This document shows positions 1 through 10,649 of a stretch of 61,766 bases of DNA, piece after piece; within the stretch, counting starts at the first letter, position 1; each line of letters opens with the position of its first letter. A program made the position numbers and the translations under genes. Where the stretch lies: positions 1-61,766 of the forward strand of contig JAZUQF010000186.1 in the NCBI GenBank assembly GCA_045605545.1, given 5' to 3'. The notes under the pieces are model-generated. The model saw nothing but the letters and a program-made list of their open reading frames with translations. It made no database searches and was not told where the DNA came from. The DNA comes from Lysinibacillus sp. (lineage in GTDB: Bacteria; Bacillota; Bacilli; Bacillales_A; Planococcaceae).

Positions 1-1070
1 GCCTTACTGTCCTTCCCGATACGGGAACCAAGGAAGTCAAGGACGATCATACGTGCTGAACGCAAGGATGTATCGCCTGTCGTAATCGGCAGGATGATGA
101 TGCCAAGGATAGCCAAAATACTGCCGAATGTTCCAAGAAGGGCGATGGAAATTTCATCTACTACACCACCTGCACCAATTGCCGCAACATGAGAGGCAAG
201 TGACTCAGTACCGCCGTAGAAGCTCATTCCCGCAGCACACCAGATAAGGGCGATGATGCCTTCTCCGATCATGGCGCCGTAGAATACCATTCGTCCTTCC
301 TTCTCCTTCTTCAATGTGCGGGAGACAATTGGACTTTGCGTGGAGTGGAATCCAGAAATCGCCCCACATGAGATGGTGATCATCAGCATTGGCCAAATCG
401 GTAGATCACCCGGATGCATGTTGGAGAATGAAAGCTCCGGTACACGAATGTCAGAGAATAGTAGGGAAACCAGTACGGCACCCGCCATAATCATCAGTAC
501 AGCCCCGAATAAAGGATAGATGCGGCCGATGATCTTATTGATCGGTAAGATTGCTGCAATGAAGAAGTAGGCAAAGATGATGATAATTGCCACCATGAAT
601 GTAAGACCCGTCTTTGCAGAAATGACGGCAGCCGGCCCGGCAGTGAATGCCGCCGCAACCAGAATCATCAGGACGACTGACACGCAGTCGGTGAAAACGC
701 GCATCACCTTTCCTAAATAACGCTGTACAAGTGAAGGGAACTGTGCGCCATCGTGGCGTAAAGACAGCATGCCCGCGAAGTAGTCATGCACTGCACCGGC
801 GAAAATGCAGCCTAGTACAATCCATACCATGGCAACAGGTCCGTACAAAGCCCCCGAGATGGCCCCGTAGATTGGGCCAAGACCTGCAATGTTCAATAGC
901 TGGATGACCCAGCCCTTCCATGCCGGCATCGGCACATAATCCATGCTGTCCGCCTTGGTATAGGCCGGTGTAGGCGTTGCATCATTAACAACGAATACGC
1001 GCTCGACGAATTTACCGTACACGACATACCCTATAATTAATAAAATAATTGCTCCTAATAATGTAAACAT
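1..1070 (-). CDS. cstA: Carbon starvation protein A family transporter (3' part outside window)
   Basis: Not in ORF track; hand translation from ATG 1070 (RBS GGGGAG): MFTLLGAIILLIIGYVVYGKFVERVF...NIAGLGPIYGA...GAVHDY...TISCGAISGFHSTQSP, typical CstA motifs. Confidence 0.9.
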   Translation of the reverse strand, partial: MFTLLGAIILLIIGYVVYGKFVERVFVVNDATPTPAYTKADSMDYVPMPAWKGWVIQLLNIAGLGPIYGAISGALYGPVAMVWIVLGCIFAGAVHDYFAGMLSLRHDGAQFPSLVQRYLGKVMRVFTDCVSVVLMILVAAAFTAGPAAVISAKTGLTFMVAIIIIFAYFFIAAILPINKIIGRIYPLFGAVLMIMAGAVLVSLLFSDIRVPELSFSNMHPGDLPIWPMLMITISCGAISGFHSTQSPIVSRTLKKEKEGRMVFYGAMIGEGIIALIWCAAGMSFYGGTESLASHVAAIGAGGVVDEISIALLGTFGSILAILGIIILPITTGDTSLRSARMIVLDFLGSRIGKDSK

Positions 1071-1141
1071 ATAAACTCCCCTAAGTTTTTTCATTTTTTT
1101 GATAAATAGAATTATAGTACTAGTATATCAATAAATCAATA

Positions 1142-1156
1142 AGTTTTTAGAAAATT
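1142..1156. promoter_or_regulatory. Putative CodY box upstream of cstA
   Basis: AGTTTTTAGAAAATT vs consensus AATTTTCWGAAAATT, 2 mismatches; AT-rich context lowers specificity. Confidence 0.4.
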
Positions 1157-1192
1157 GTATATATTTAAACAATTACAAGGGTGAACTCATAA

Positions 1193-1206
1193 TTAAAACG
1201 TTTACA
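1193..1206 (-). promoter_or_regulatory. Putative cre (CcpA) site upstream of cstA
   Basis: Minus strand TGTAAACGTTTTAA vs TGWAARCGYTWNCA, 1 mismatch. Confidence 0.45.
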
Positions 1207-1743
1207 TAGAAAAAATCTGCGTTAAAAGCAGAAAATTTCGATATGATATAATTATGCTAAAAATTCTTATTTCTTCTATTTAATATATTCCGATGTGTAA
1301 TATTCAGGTTCTTATGGGTGTTATTAACTAAACGAGTTTACGTCGTTCCGTTACTATAAAGGAAGGGAGACGTCCTCCTTTTAAAGGCTGTATAGATTGA
1401 ATTCGTGGTTGCTATAAGCCAAAAAGCATTGCCTGGGAAATAAGGATGGGAGGCGGCCGCTACGGAGAGGTGGGCAGTGTCTCAGTAAATCTATCTTGCC
1501 CGTTCATAATGCTAGTATTCACCGCTTTTTAAAAAGAAAGAGAGGAAGAATACTATTCTACGATTGACGGGCTCCTTCTCCTCCTATTGGAGGAACGGAA
1601 GGTGAAAAGAAAGTAGTGCCATCGTCGCTCGCAGGGCTGTTTTCATCCTTTGGGAAGGAAATCCATCAGGAATTATCTCGAAATAATAGACAGAAAATTT
1701 TGGAAGTCGTAAAATGGAAATCATATAGAGAGGGGGCTGCCAG

Positions 1744-2145
1744 ATGAAGATTTTACGCACTATTGCCCAGGTAGGTATCTTATGGTTGTTTTATTTCATT
1801 GGTGTATTGATTGTCGAGTGGACGGGGATATTCATTCCGCCAAGCATCATTGGCCTTGTGCTGTTATGGGGGCTTTTAATGCTGAATGTAATCAAAGTGA
1901 AGTTGATCCAGGAGGGGGCCAGCTTCCTGATTGCCTTTTTAACCTTATTTTTCATCCCGGCTACAGTAGGAGTGGTGGATTATCCAGAATTGCTGACGGT
2001 TTCAGGACTGCTGCTGGTGCTCGCTGTCTTTTTAAGTACAGTCGCCACAATCGTCGTAGCGGGCAAGCTGAGCCAATATATCGAGCGCAAGGAGCAGGCG
2101 ATGAAGGAGGAGGTGGGCCATGTTGGCGGTCATCATCATAGTTAG
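1744..2145 (+). CDS. CidA/LrgA family membrane protein
   Basis: 133 aa hydrophobic, IPPSIIGL and LFFIPATVG motifs; paired with LrgB-family gene. Confidence 0.9.
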   Translation: MKILRTIAQVGILWLFYFIGVLIVEWTGIFIPPSIIGLVLLWGLLMLNVIKVKLIQEGASFLIAFLTLFFIPATVGVVDYPELLTVSGLLLVLAVFLSTVATIVVAGKLSQYIERKEQAMKEEVGHVGGHHHS

Positions 2146-2797
2146 CACCATAGTGCTGTTCCTTTTGCTTCAGAAGCTTTATGAGAAGGTGAACAATCCG
2201 TTGTTCCTGCCGTTATTGACCACTACATTCATTACGGTTGTTATATTGATAGCTTTTCAGATTCCCTACGATACATATATGGAAGGAGGGGAGTGGATTC
2301 AAAAAATGCTCGGCCCTGCGGTAGTGGCGCTGGCTTATCCGCTGTACAACCAGCGTGAACTGATCTTTAAATATAAGTATTCAATCTTGTCCAGTTTGGT
2401 TGTCGCCATGCTATCGGGGCTTATTAGCGTCTACGCATTTTTAAAGCTTTTCCAGGCAAGTGATTCCTTTATTTTGACCTCCCTTGCGAAATCGTTGACG
2501 ACTCCGGTGGCGATGCAGGTAAGCGAAACGGTAGGAGGGATTCCGCCATTGACGGCCGTGCTGGTCATGGTGGCCGGGTTTACAGGAGCGATTTTCGGGC
2601 CGCTGCTGTATAAAATAGCCCGCATCGATACAGCCATCAGCCGCGGGGTGTCGATGGGAAGTGCAAGTCATGGTGTCGGCGTTTCGAAGCTGAAGGAATA
2701 CGGGGAGGAGGCTCTGTCGATCGGTTCGCTTTCCATGGGGTTGAGCGCAGTGCTCGGGGCATTCATATGTCCTATTTTCGCCTTTCTGATTATATAA
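2120..2797 (+). CDS. LrgB/CidB family membrane protein
   Basis: LGPAVVALAYPLY, KSLTTPVAM, SHGVG motifs; overlaps upstream partner. Confidence 0.9.
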   Translation: MLAVIIIVSTIVLFLLLQKLYEKVNNPLFLPLLTTTFITVVILIAFQIPYDTYMEGGEWIQKMLGPAVVALAYPLYNQRELIFKYKYSILSSLVVAMLSGLISVYAFLKLFQASDSFILTSLAKSLTTPVAMQVSETVGGIPPLTAVLVMVAGFTGAIFGPLLYKIARIDTAISRGVSMGSASHGVGVSKLKEYGEEALSIGSLSMGLSAVLGAFICPIFAFLII

Positions 2798-2824
2798 AAA
2801 AACTTGAGGGAAATCCCTCAAGTT

Positions 2825-4294
2825 TTAATAGATTGCACGCCGTTCTTTAATGACACGGATATTTGCCAATGTAGCGTCTTCCGGTCCCTGTACAGGAAGC
2901 CCGGCTTCGATATTCATCTGAATATACTTGATATTGTCCTCGGTAATGACCTCACCGGGGATGAAGATTGGAATCCCAGGCGGATAGACCATGATGAATT
3001 CCGCAGAAATCCGGTCATGCGCCTCGGCGAGCGGAATCACTTCCGTCTCGGCATAGAATGCATCACGCGGGGACATGGCAAGGGCCGGAATCTCCGGGAC
3101 TTTTACGTTCGGGACGGTTACGCTTGCTTCCGAATCAAAAGCCTGTGACATGCGTGTCAATGCATTTATAAGAAGATTCATTTCCTTTTTCTTATCGCCC
3201 AATGTCACCAGGCACAAAATATTGTAAAGGTCGGATAGTTCGACTTCGATGTTGGCATTATGGCGCAGCCACTCCTCAGCATCGTGTCCGGTGATGCCCA
3301 AGTCTTTGACACTAATCAATAGTTTGCAAGGATCCATATCAAATGTTGCGGATGAATGCAGTTTTTCCCGTCCGACACATGACAAGTGGGGAATCGCATT
3401 GATGCGCTTGCGTGTATCCTTGGCCAGGCGAATCGCTTCATCTATCAAATCATGGCCATGAATGGCCAGCTGGCGCCGTGCACAGTCAAGGGAGGCCAGC
3501 AATGGATAGGAAGTAGATGTCGTCGTCAGCATGGAGAAGAACGCTTGGGCACGTTTGGCTGATACAAGGCCTTCCCGGACATTCAAGATAGATGTCCCTG
3601 TCATCGACCCCCCCAGTTTATGTACGCTTGTAGCGGCCATATCTGCGCCTGCCTGCATGGCGGAAAGCGGCAGTTCATCATGGAATTTGATGTGCACACC
3701 ATGAGCCTCGTCAACGATGACTGGGATGTCGTGCGAATGGACTATTTCTACAATTCTTTTCAAGTCAGCCGCAAAGCCGAAGTAAGTAGGGTTAATTACT
3801 AGAACTGCTTTTGCATCAGGATAGTTTTGCAGGGCCTTCTCCACTGATTCCGGGGAGATTCCGTGCGAGATGCCCAATTCCGGGTCTACCTCCGGATGGA
3901 TGAAGATTGGAATGGCGCCCGCAAATACAATAGCAGACATAATCGATTTATGAACATTCCGTGGTACTAGAATTTTATCACCTGGACCAACGACTGTCAG
4001 AATCATTGTCTGGATTGCACCACTAGTACCTTGAACGGAAAAGAATGTATGATCAGCACCAAAAGCCTCGGCAGCCAGGCTTTGCGCCTCTTTGATCGCT
4101 GCTTTTGGAGAGTGTAAATCATCCAGTGGGGCAATATTAATTAAATCAATTGATAAAACGTTGTCGCCGACGAATTCTCGAAACGCTGGGTCCATACCTG
4201 AGCCCTTTTTATGACCGGGAATATGGAACTGAACAGGGTGTCTGTTTCGATGCTTAAGAAGAACGTCGAACAAAGGAGTCTCTAACTGTGACAA
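2825..4294 (-). CDS. speA: Arginine decarboxylase (PLP-dependent Orn/Lys/Arg decarboxylase)
   Basis: FHIPGHKKG, VDEAHG, SVHK, YPPGIP motifs; TTG start 4294 after GAGGTG; syntenic position. Confidence 0.88.
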   Translation of the reverse strand: MSQLETPLFDVLLKHRNRHPVQFHIPGHKKGSGMDPAFREFVGDNVLSIDLINIAPLDDLHSPKAAIKEAQSLAAEAFGADHTFFSVQGTSGAIQTMILTVVGPGDKILVPRNVHKSIMSAIVFAGAIPIFIHPEVDPELGISHGISPESVEKALQNYPDAKAVLVINPTYFGFAADLKRIVEIVHSHDIPVIVDEAHGVHIKFHDELPLSAMQAGADMAATSVHKLGGSMTGTSILNVREGLVSAKRAQAFFSMLTTTSTSYPLLASLDCARRQLAIHGHDLIDEAIRLAKDTRKRINAIPHLSCVGREKLHSSATFDMDPCKLLISVKDLGITGHDAEEWLRHNANIEVELSDLYNILCLVTLGDKKKEMNLLINALTRMSQAFDSEASVTVPNVKVPEIPALAMSPRDAFYAETEVIPLAEAHDRISAEFIMVYPPGIPIFIPGEVITEDNIKYIQMNIEAGLPVQGPEDATLANIRVIKERRAIY

Positions 4295-4434
4295 CGCAGG
4301 TACCACCTCACTTAACTGAAATTTGAAAACAAAAGAAATTATAGCACCTATTAATCAGTGTGACTATAAAAAAAAATATAAATTTCACTATATAGGTATT
4401 TAGAGTAAATTTAAAAGAAAATGGAGGAAGAAGA

Positions 4435-5394
4435 ATGAAGTGGGAAACGCGCATTACAGACATGCTGGATATCGAGTATCCGATTATCCAGGGGGGGCTC
4501 GCCTATCTGGCCTATGCCGAGCTTGCGGCGGCCGTATCGAACGCAGGAGGGCTCGGGCAGATTACAGCGATGAGCCTGCCTTCACCGGAAGCATTGAAGG
4601 AGGAAATTATAAAGGTGCGTACACTGACGGACAAGCCGTTCGGAGTGAATTTCGCGATTGGACAACACGGAAAAGGCTATGAATCGATGGTGGAGGTAGC
4701 CAGGGATATGGAAGTGCCTGTTGTCACAATGACGGGAGGGAATCCTGCGCCCATCTTTGATATTTTACAAGGCAGCGATTGTAGAAAGCTTGTATTGGTC
4801 GCGGCCCGTCGTCAGGCGCAAAAGGCAGAGCAGCTGGGCGCCGATGCGGTCATGGTTGTCGGGCAGGAGGGGGGCGGCCATCTGGGGCGCGATGATGTCG
4901 GTACAATGGTGCTCGTCCCGCAGGTGGTGGACAGCGTGGAGATTCCTGTCATAGCATCCGGCGGCATTGGAGATGGGCGCGGCTGGATGGCGGCACATGC
5001 ACTTGGGGCGGAAGGGATCGAGATGGGGACGCGCTTCATTGCCACGAAGGAGTGTGTGCATGCATCGGAAGTCTATAAACAGGCGCTCCTGGCTAGCGCT
5101 GAAAATGATACGACGGTCATCAAGCGGTCGTTGGGCGCTCCGGCACGGGCGTTGCGTAATGACTTTACCGACAAGATTCTGAAAATCGAGGAAGAGGCAC
5201 CGACCTACGAGGCGTTAAAGGACTATATCAGCGGCAAGGCCAACAGGCGCTATATTTATGACGGAGACGCTTCTGCAGGCTATGGCTGGGCCGGCCAGGT
5301 GACGGGGATGATTTCGGACGTTCCGACAGTGGCGGAGCTGATCGAGCGGATGGTTGTACAAGCGCGGGAAATCCGTTTAAAATGGGGGCAGTAA
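4435..5394 (+). CDS. Nitronate monooxygenase / FabK-like FMN oxidoreductase
   Basis: YPIIQGG, EGGGH, SGGIGDGRG, MGTRF motifs. Confidence 0.85.
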   Translation: MKWETRITDMLDIEYPIIQGGLAYLAYAELAAAVSNAGGLGQITAMSLPSPEALKEEIIKVRTLTDKPFGVNFAIGQHGKGYESMVEVARDMEVPVVTMTGGNPAPIFDILQGSDCRKLVLVAARRQAQKAEQLGADAVMVVGQEGGGHLGRDDVGTMVLVPQVVDSVEIPVIASGGIGDGRGWMAAHALGAEGIEMGTRFIATKECVHASEVYKQALLASAENDTTVIKRSLGAPARALRNDFTDKILKIEEEAPTYEALKDYISGKANRRYIYDGDASAGYGWAGQVTGMISDVPTVAELIERMVVQAREIRLKWGQ

Positions 5395-5456
5395 TGAAGT
5401 GAAGGCGATTGCGCAGGGCGTAATTGCCTATATACCGGGCAAAGGCAGGGAGCACT

Positions 5457-5726
5457 ATGGAATATTCATACCCATTATCGACGGATTGGACTACGCAGGA
5501 AATGGTCGCTGTTGTTCAATTCTTCGAGGCGGTGGAAGCCGCCTACGAAAAAGGCATTAATAGGGAGGACTTCATGGCGAGATACCGCCGTTTCAAGGAA
5601 GTCGTTCCTTCACAGGCAGAAGAGAAGACGATATTCCGTGAGTTTGAAAAGGCGAGCGGCTATGTGAGCTATAAAGCGGTGAAATCGGCCAAGGAGTCCG
5701 CAGATGGACAGGTCATCCGCCTGTAA
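5457..5726 (+). CDS. yktA: UPF0223 family protein
   Basis: MEYSYPLSTDWTTQE...YRRFKEVVPS; ATG after GGGAG; synteny. Confidence 0.88.
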   Translation: MEYSYPLSTDWTTQEMVAVVQFFEAVEAAYEKGINREDFMARYRRFKEVVPSQAEEKTIFREFEKASGYVSYKAVKSAKESADGQVIRL

Positions 5727-5730
5727 TGAG

Positions 5731-5769
5731 AAGTTGCAGAACCACGAAATGGGTTCTGCAACTTTTTTT
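5731..5769 (+). terminator. Rho-independent terminator after yktA
   Basis: AAGTTGCAGAACC / GGTTCTGCAACTT stem plus T-run. Confidence 0.85.
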
Positions 5770-6071
5770 CGTTTAGACTGGTTGAATGTACAAGGCAACC
5801 AGGTGCGCGGGTGCATATACTGTGTCAAAAGGGGCCGGTTGGAAAATGAAGAGAGCTTGAACGGAGCTCCCAGCTTGCTTCCCGATACTCTTTCGGGCTT
5901 TAAAAAATAGTGCCCTGTGTCCCGGTACCCCTGTCAGTCAATTTTTTTCACTCCTTTGGCTTAACAATTTGATGCAGCAGAGGTTTAAAAACTCCATTCA
6001 ATTGGTAGTATTAAGATATAGAATGTATTAAATTTGTAAATGATAACTAAAGCAGGGACTGCCAGGGCATT

Positions 6072-6106
6072 AAAAAACAGATGTGCATTGGCTGCACATC
6101 TGAAAA
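6072..6106 (-). terminator. Terminator of yktB
   Basis: CAGATGTGCA / TGCACATCTG stem with T-run on minus strand. Confidence 0.75.
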
Positions 6107-6114
6107 CCCAGGGG

Positions 6115-6741
6115 CTATTTTCCGATAACGGTATTGTAAATCGGAAGTAAATTGTCGAATGTTTCTTCTGTCATTCGCATAAACTCATCAGAAGAAAGCT
6201 TAACCGCTTCTTCGGCTGGAATATGACGGCCGACGAGGAATTCGCCCTTTTTGACATCGCGCAGACGCACAAGAAGCTGTTCTAGTCCGTTCTCCCGCGC
6301 TTCACCCAAGGAGATTGCATCTGGAGACATATGGTCGCCTGAAATGATGTAGTCATCGCTTAATCGGTCGAACACATCCATATTGTGAAGCAGCCGCTCT
6401 GCCATTTCCGCTTTTTGCGGCGCTTCATAAATAATTGCAACGACGATGAATAAATGGCTTTCCCATAGGCCAATCTGGAAATGAGGCAATGCCTTATATC
6501 CCCGCTTATAGGGAGCGAAGGCCACCCAGGAATCTTTTGGGGGATTGACCGTACGGCGTGCATGCTTTGCAACATGGGCAAAGAATTCATCACCTGTATT
6601 TGCACTGAAATAGGCTGAAAAGAATTCGCCAAGGGTTTGGAACTTCGGACGGACGATTTGGGTCAGTGCCTCCATTCTCTCGTCCAGACCATTGATGAGG
6701 AAAACATGAAAATCTTCAGTTGTCCACTGTACATTACTCAA
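6115..6741 (-). CDS. yktB: UPF0637 / DUF1054 family protein
   Basis: HVAKHARRTVNPPKDSWVAF...RGYK..PHFQIGLW motif; synteny. Confidence 0.9.
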   Translation of the reverse strand: MSNVQWTTEDFHVFLINGLDERMEALTQIVRPKFQTLGEFFSAYFSANTGDEFFAHVAKHARRTVNPPKDSWVAFAPYKRGYKALPHFQIGLWESHLFIVVAIIYEAPQKAEMAERLLHNMDVFDRLSDDYIISGDHMSPDAISLGEARENGLEQLLVRLRDVKKGEFLVGRHIPAEEAVKLSSDEFMRMTEETFDNLLPIYNTVIGK

Positions 6742-6767
6742 AATTAGTAACTCCTTTCGATTTTTAT

Positions 6768-6793
6768 GTTTATTTTGTTAAGATTTTGGGAAA
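6768..6793 (+). promoter_or_regulatory. Putative SigB promoter for ykzI-like gene
   Basis: GTTTAT-N14-GGGAAA fits GTTTAA-N12-15-GGGWAW; ykzI is a general stress gene in B. subtilis. Confidence 0.6.
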
Positions 6794-6860
6794 AAATCTT
6801 ATAACAAAAACTTTTAAGAAAGTCAAGGGTTTTTTAAAAAATACTAAGGAAGTGATGGAA

Positions 6861-7058
6861 ATGAAACAGATGGTTAAAATTATACGCAAAGTTGACATTG
6901 AAAAGCAATACGAGCAAATTTTACGACTGGAGCTGGATTATGAACTGGCTTCCTTATATGCCGCGATGAAGGACAGTGATACGGCAGAAATGGAAAAATC
7001 GAAAAAACGACTAAAGGAAATCCATGGAGAATTAGAAGGTCTACATGCATATGCGTAA
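6861..7058 (+). CDS. ykzI: YkzI-like small general stress protein
   Basis: RLELDYELASLYAAM...EKSKKRL resembles YkzI; lies between yktB and suhB. Confidence 0.75.
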   Translation: MKQMVKIIRKVDIEKQYEQILRLELDYELASLYAAMKDSDTAEMEKSKKRLKEIHGELEGLHAYA

Positions 7059-7080
7059 CAAAATGTTTATACCTAAGTAA

Positions 7081-7119
7081 AAAATCACTTGCTGAATGTT
7101 CGGACAGCAGGTGATTTTT
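7081..7119 (+). terminator. Terminator after ykzI
   Basis: AAAATCACTTGCTG / CAGCAGGTGATTTT stem. Confidence 0.7.
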
Positions 7120-7195
7120 GCTATACTAGCTATATAATGTGATGCAAGCGTTATGCAGTTACATATCGAAGCGGGAAGCGAAAGGTGGTTGTACT

Positions 7196-7993
7196 ATGGA
7201 TGTAAAGAAGTTGGATGCCTTTGCAAAGGAATTGATTTTTGAAGCGGGAAAGCGGATTTGTGCATCGTTTTCATATGATTTGGAAGTGGAAGTGGAAACG
7301 AAGTCGAGTCCGAATGACCTGGTGACGAACATTGACCGTGAAACGGAATTGTTTTTCATCGAGCAGATCCACAAATTCGATTCCTCCCATAAAATCCTTG
7401 GTGAAGAAGGGATGGGGGAGCACCCGGATTCGATGGAGGGGGTTGTATGGATTATCGATCCAATCGACGGAACGATGAATTTTGTAAAGCAGCACCGCCA
7501 TTTCATGATTACAATCGGCATCTATGTCGATGGGGTCGGCAAGCTCGGCTACATATACGATGTCATGAGGGGAGACCTGTTCTATGCAATCGCCGGGGAG
7601 GGCGCATGGTACAATGACTCACCGATGCGCAAGCTGGAGCCGCTGAAGATAGAGGAGGCGGTAATTGGCATCAACGCCTGCTGGGTGACGCCCAACCCTA
7701 AAATCAACCACGAAAAGCTGATCGAGCTGATCCGGACGGTACGGGGAACCCGTTCGTATGGCTCGGCTGCGATGGAAATCGCCTTTGTCGTCAGCGGCAA
7801 GCTGGATGCCTATATTTCCATGCGGCTGGCTCCCTGGGATATAGGCGGGGGCATCATCATCGCCAAGGAGGTGGGGGCGATTGCGACCAATCTGCATGGA
7901 CAGGCCCCCGACTTATCGGGCTCGGATACGTTTTTAATAGCCAATCCGTATATCCATCAACTGATTTTGGACAACTATATCGAAGAAAAATGA
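7196..7993 (+). CDS. suhB: Inositol monophosphatase family protein
   Basis: GEE, WIIDPIDGTMNF, GSAA, PWDIGGG motifs; yktC position. Confidence 0.9.
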   Translation: MDVKKLDAFAKELIFEAGKRICASFSYDLEVEVETKSSPNDLVTNIDRETELFFIEQIHKFDSSHKILGEEGMGEHPDSMEGVVWIIDPIDGTMNFVKQHRHFMITIGIYVDGVGKLGYIYDVMRGDLFYAIAGEGAWYNDSPMRKLEPLKIEEAVIGINACWVTPNPKINHEKLIELIRTVRGTRSYGSAAMEIAFVVSGKLDAYISMRLAPWDIGGGIIIAKEVGAIATNLHGQAPDLSGSDTFLIANPYIHQLILDNYIEEK

Positions 7994-8033
7994 AAACAGC
8001 CGCCCCGCAAATGAGATGTCGGGCGGCTGTTTT
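7993..8033. terminator. Bidirectional terminator suhB/ylaF
   Basis: AAAACAGCCGCCC / GGGCGGCTGTTTT between convergent genes. Confidence 0.75.
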
Positions 8034-8043
8034 ATAGGAAAGG

Positions 8044-8262
8044 CTATAACAAACCTGCTTCAATGAATTTTTTCTTTTGCTTCATGCCCATCATGAAGAT
8101 GACGCACACTGCTATGATGCAGGCCACGATGCCCGCGATGCCGATTGTATCGTATTCATCCGTACCGGCCATGAACACGAGGGATACTGAAAAGCCGATG
8201 CCAATCATGGAGATCAGGGCGGCCAATGAGTAGATGAACATAACCAATTTTGCTTTATTCAC
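8044..8262 (-). CDS. ylaF: YlaF (DUF5325) family small membrane protein
   Basis: 72 aa, two hydrophobic segments, basic C-terminus KKKFIEAGLL; divergent from typA. Confidence 0.75.
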   Translation of the reverse strand: MNKAKLVMFIYSLAALISMIGIGFSVSLVFMAGTDEYDTIGIAGIVACIIAVCVIFMMGMKQKKKFIEAGLL

Positions 8263-8317
8263 GAGAAATCCTCCTCTATTAAAATACTATGTGAAATGCA
8301 GTCCTTAATTTTACGAA

Positions 8318-8346
8318 AAGACATTTGCGACTATATGTGCTATAAT
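8318..8346 (+). promoter_or_regulatory. Putative SigA promoter of typA
   Basis: AAGACA-N17-TATAAT with TG extended -10. Confidence 0.55.
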
Positions 8347-8387
8347 ATCACAGTTAAACAACTGAAAAAAGAATATGGAGTGGAATA

Positions 8388-10238
8388 ATGACAAATTTAC
8401 GTCAAGATTTACGTAACATCGCAATTATCGCGCACGTTGACCATGGGAAAACGACACTAGTAGACCAATTATTGAAACAATCGGGAACATTCCGTTCGAA
8501 TGAGCAAGTAGAAGAGCGCGCAATGGATTCGAATGATATCGAACGCGAGCGTGGCATTACAATTTTAGCGAAAAATACTGCGGTTAACTATAACGGTACT
8601 CGCATTAATATTTTAGATACACCAGGACACGCAGACTTCGGTGGAGAGGTAGAGCGTATCCTGAAAATGGTAGATGGCGTTCTGTTAGTTGTAGACGCTT
8701 ATGAAGGCTGTATGCCACAAACACGCTTCGTGTTAAAGAAAGCACTTGAGCAAAACTTGACACCAATCGTTGTCGTGAACAAAGTGGACAAGGATTCAGC
8801 ACGTCCTGAAGAAGTAGTGGATGAGGTACTTGAACTGCTGATCGAGCTTGATGCAAATGATGACCAGCTGGACTTCCCGGTTGTGTATGCATCAGGGGTA
8901 AACGGTACGGCATCATTAGATCCAAATCCTGCAAATCAGGAAGCGGATATGAAATGCCTGTTTGAACAAATCATCGAGTATATCCCGGCACCTGTGGACA
9001 ACTCGGAAGAACCATTGCAATTCCAAGTGGCGTTGCTTGACTATAACGATTTCGTAGGCCGTATCGGTATCGGCCGTGTGTTCCGTGGTACGATTTCTGT
9101 CGGCCAGCAGGTGGCACTGATGAAGTTGGACGGCACGGTGAAGAACTTCCGTGTAACAAAAATCTTCGGTTTCTTCGGTCTGAAGCGTGAAGAGGTCCAA
9201 ACAGCAAAAGCTGGTGACCTGATTGCCGTTTCAGGGATGGAAGACATCAACGTAGGGGAGACGGTTTGTCCTGTCGAGCACCAAGAGGCACTGCAGCCAT
9301 TACGCATCGATGAGCCGACATTGCAAATGACGTTCCTAGTAAACAACTCACCGTTCGCAGGCCGCGAAGGGAAATGGGTAACTTCTTCTAAAATCGAAGA
9401 ACGTCTGCGTTCACAATTGCAAACGGACGTATCTTTACGTGTAGAAGATACTGGTTCTCCTGATGCGTGGACTGTTTCAGGACGTGGGGAGCTTCACTTA
9501 TCCATCCTGATTGAAAACATGCGCCGTGAAGGATTTGAGCTGCAAGTGTCAAAACCACAGGTAATCATCCGTGAAATCGACGGCGTCAAATGTGAGCCGA
9601 TCGAGCGTGTGCAGGTGGATGTACCTGAGGACTGCGTAGGGTCAATCATTGAATCCCTAGGTCAGCGTAAAGGTGAAATGCTTGATATGATCAACAACGG
9701 CAATGGACAAGTACGTATCATCTTCAACGTACCGGCACGTGGTCTGATTGGTTATACAACGGAATTCATGTCCCTGACAAAAGGGTTCGGCATCATCAAC
9801 CATACGTTCGATTCCTACCAGCCGGTAGTAGCCGGACGCGTCGGCGGCCGTCACCAAGGCGTGCTTGTATCGATGGAAAACGGTAAAGCGACGACATACG
9901 GCATGATGCAGGTAGAAGACCGCGGTACATTGTTCGTAGAGCCAGGCACTGAAGTTTACGAAGGCATGATCGTTGGTGAGAATACACGTGAAAATGACAT
10001 CACAGTAAACATTACAAAACAAAAGCAAAAAACAAACGTGCGTTCAGCGACAAAGGATGCAACAAACGTTATCAAAAAGCCTCGTATCCTGACGCTTGAA
10101 GAAGCATTGGAGTACCTGAGCGATGATGAGTATCTGGAAGTGACACCGGAGTCCATCCGTCTGCGTAAGCAAATTCTGGATAAAAATGAACGTGAACGTA
10201 TGGCTAAAAAGAAAAAATACGCGGAAGCAGAAAAATAA
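8388..10238 (+). CDS. typA: Translational GTPase TypA/BipA
   Basis: [36 protein letters not shown]. Confidence 0.98.
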   Translation: MTNLRQDLRNIAIIAHVDHGKTTLVDQLLKQSGTFRSNEQVEERAMDSNDIERERGITILAKNTAVNYNGTRINILDTPGHADFGGEVERILKMVDGVLLVVDAYEGCMPQTRFVLKKALEQNLTPIVVVNKVDKDSARPEEVVDEVLELLIELDANDDQLDFPVVYASGVNGTASLDPNPANQEADMKCLFEQIIEYIPAPVDNSEEPLQFQVALLDYNDFVGRIGIGRVFRGTISVGQQVALMKLDGTVKNFRVTKIFGFFGLKREEVQTAKAGDLIAVSGMEDINVGETVCPVEHQEALQPLRIDEPTLQMTFLVNNSPFAGREGKWVTSSKIEERLRSQLQTDVSLRVEDTGSPDAWTVSGRGELHLSILIENMRREGFELQVSKPQVIIREIDGVKCEPIERVQVDVPEDCVGSIIESLGQRKGEMLDMINNGNGQVRIIFNVPARGLIGYTTEFMSLTKGFGIINHTFDSYQPVVAGRVGGRHQGVLVSMENGKATTYGMMQVEDRGTLFVEPGTEVYEGMIVGENTRENDITVNITKQKQKTNVRSATKDATNVIKKPRILTLEEALEYLSDDEYLEVTPESIRLRKQILDKNERERMAKKKKYAEAEK

Positions 10239-10266
10239 TCTTTGCGTATGGGAGAAAGGATGAACG

Positions 10267-10647
10267 GTGTTGAATTGGTTCCTGCTCAACTCTATTCAAG
10301 CATCTGTTTCTACTGACGAGACAACGATGGCCTACGATAAAATGTCGGGCCTCACTCGTTATATCTACGAGAATATGCCAAGCTATGAATCGGCCGGCTA
10401 TGTTGTGTTCATTTTAGTATTCATCTTGTCGGCAATTGTTTTTAAGCTAGGTTTCGCTCGTGAGTTGCCGTTGATGAAAAATATCATCATTTATACCTTC
10501 CTGCTTTTGGGATGTATCATGCTGACGTTCTTTGCCCTGTTCCTGCCAATGGTGGAGGGGCTCATCGTCGCGGCACTCATCCTGATTGTCTATAAATCAC
10601 GCATGTGGCGTGAAAAGCGCGAAGAAAGAAAAGCATCTGCAGAGTAA
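10267..10647 (+). CDS. ylaH: YlaH-like membrane protein
   Basis: KLGFAR.LP and LPMVEGL motifs; follows typA. Confidence 0.85.
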   Translation: MLNWFLLNSIQASVSTDETTMAYDKMSGLTRYIYENMPSYESAGYVVFILVFILSAIVFKLGFARELPLMKNIIIYTFLLLGCIMLTFFALFLPMVEGLIVAALILIVYKSRMWREKREERKASAE

Positions 10648-10649
10648 TG

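Noticed and set aside
1446-1532. 28-aa ORF MGGGRYGEV...
   Set aside because: Poor RBS spacing and no recognisable similarity
1071-2824. SR1 sRNA / SR1P peptide expected near speA
   Set aside because: No MGTIVCQ-like ORF found by eye
5770-6071. sRNA or gene between yktA and yktB
   Set aside because: Only a weak promoter-like match; the nearby terminator is oriented for yktB
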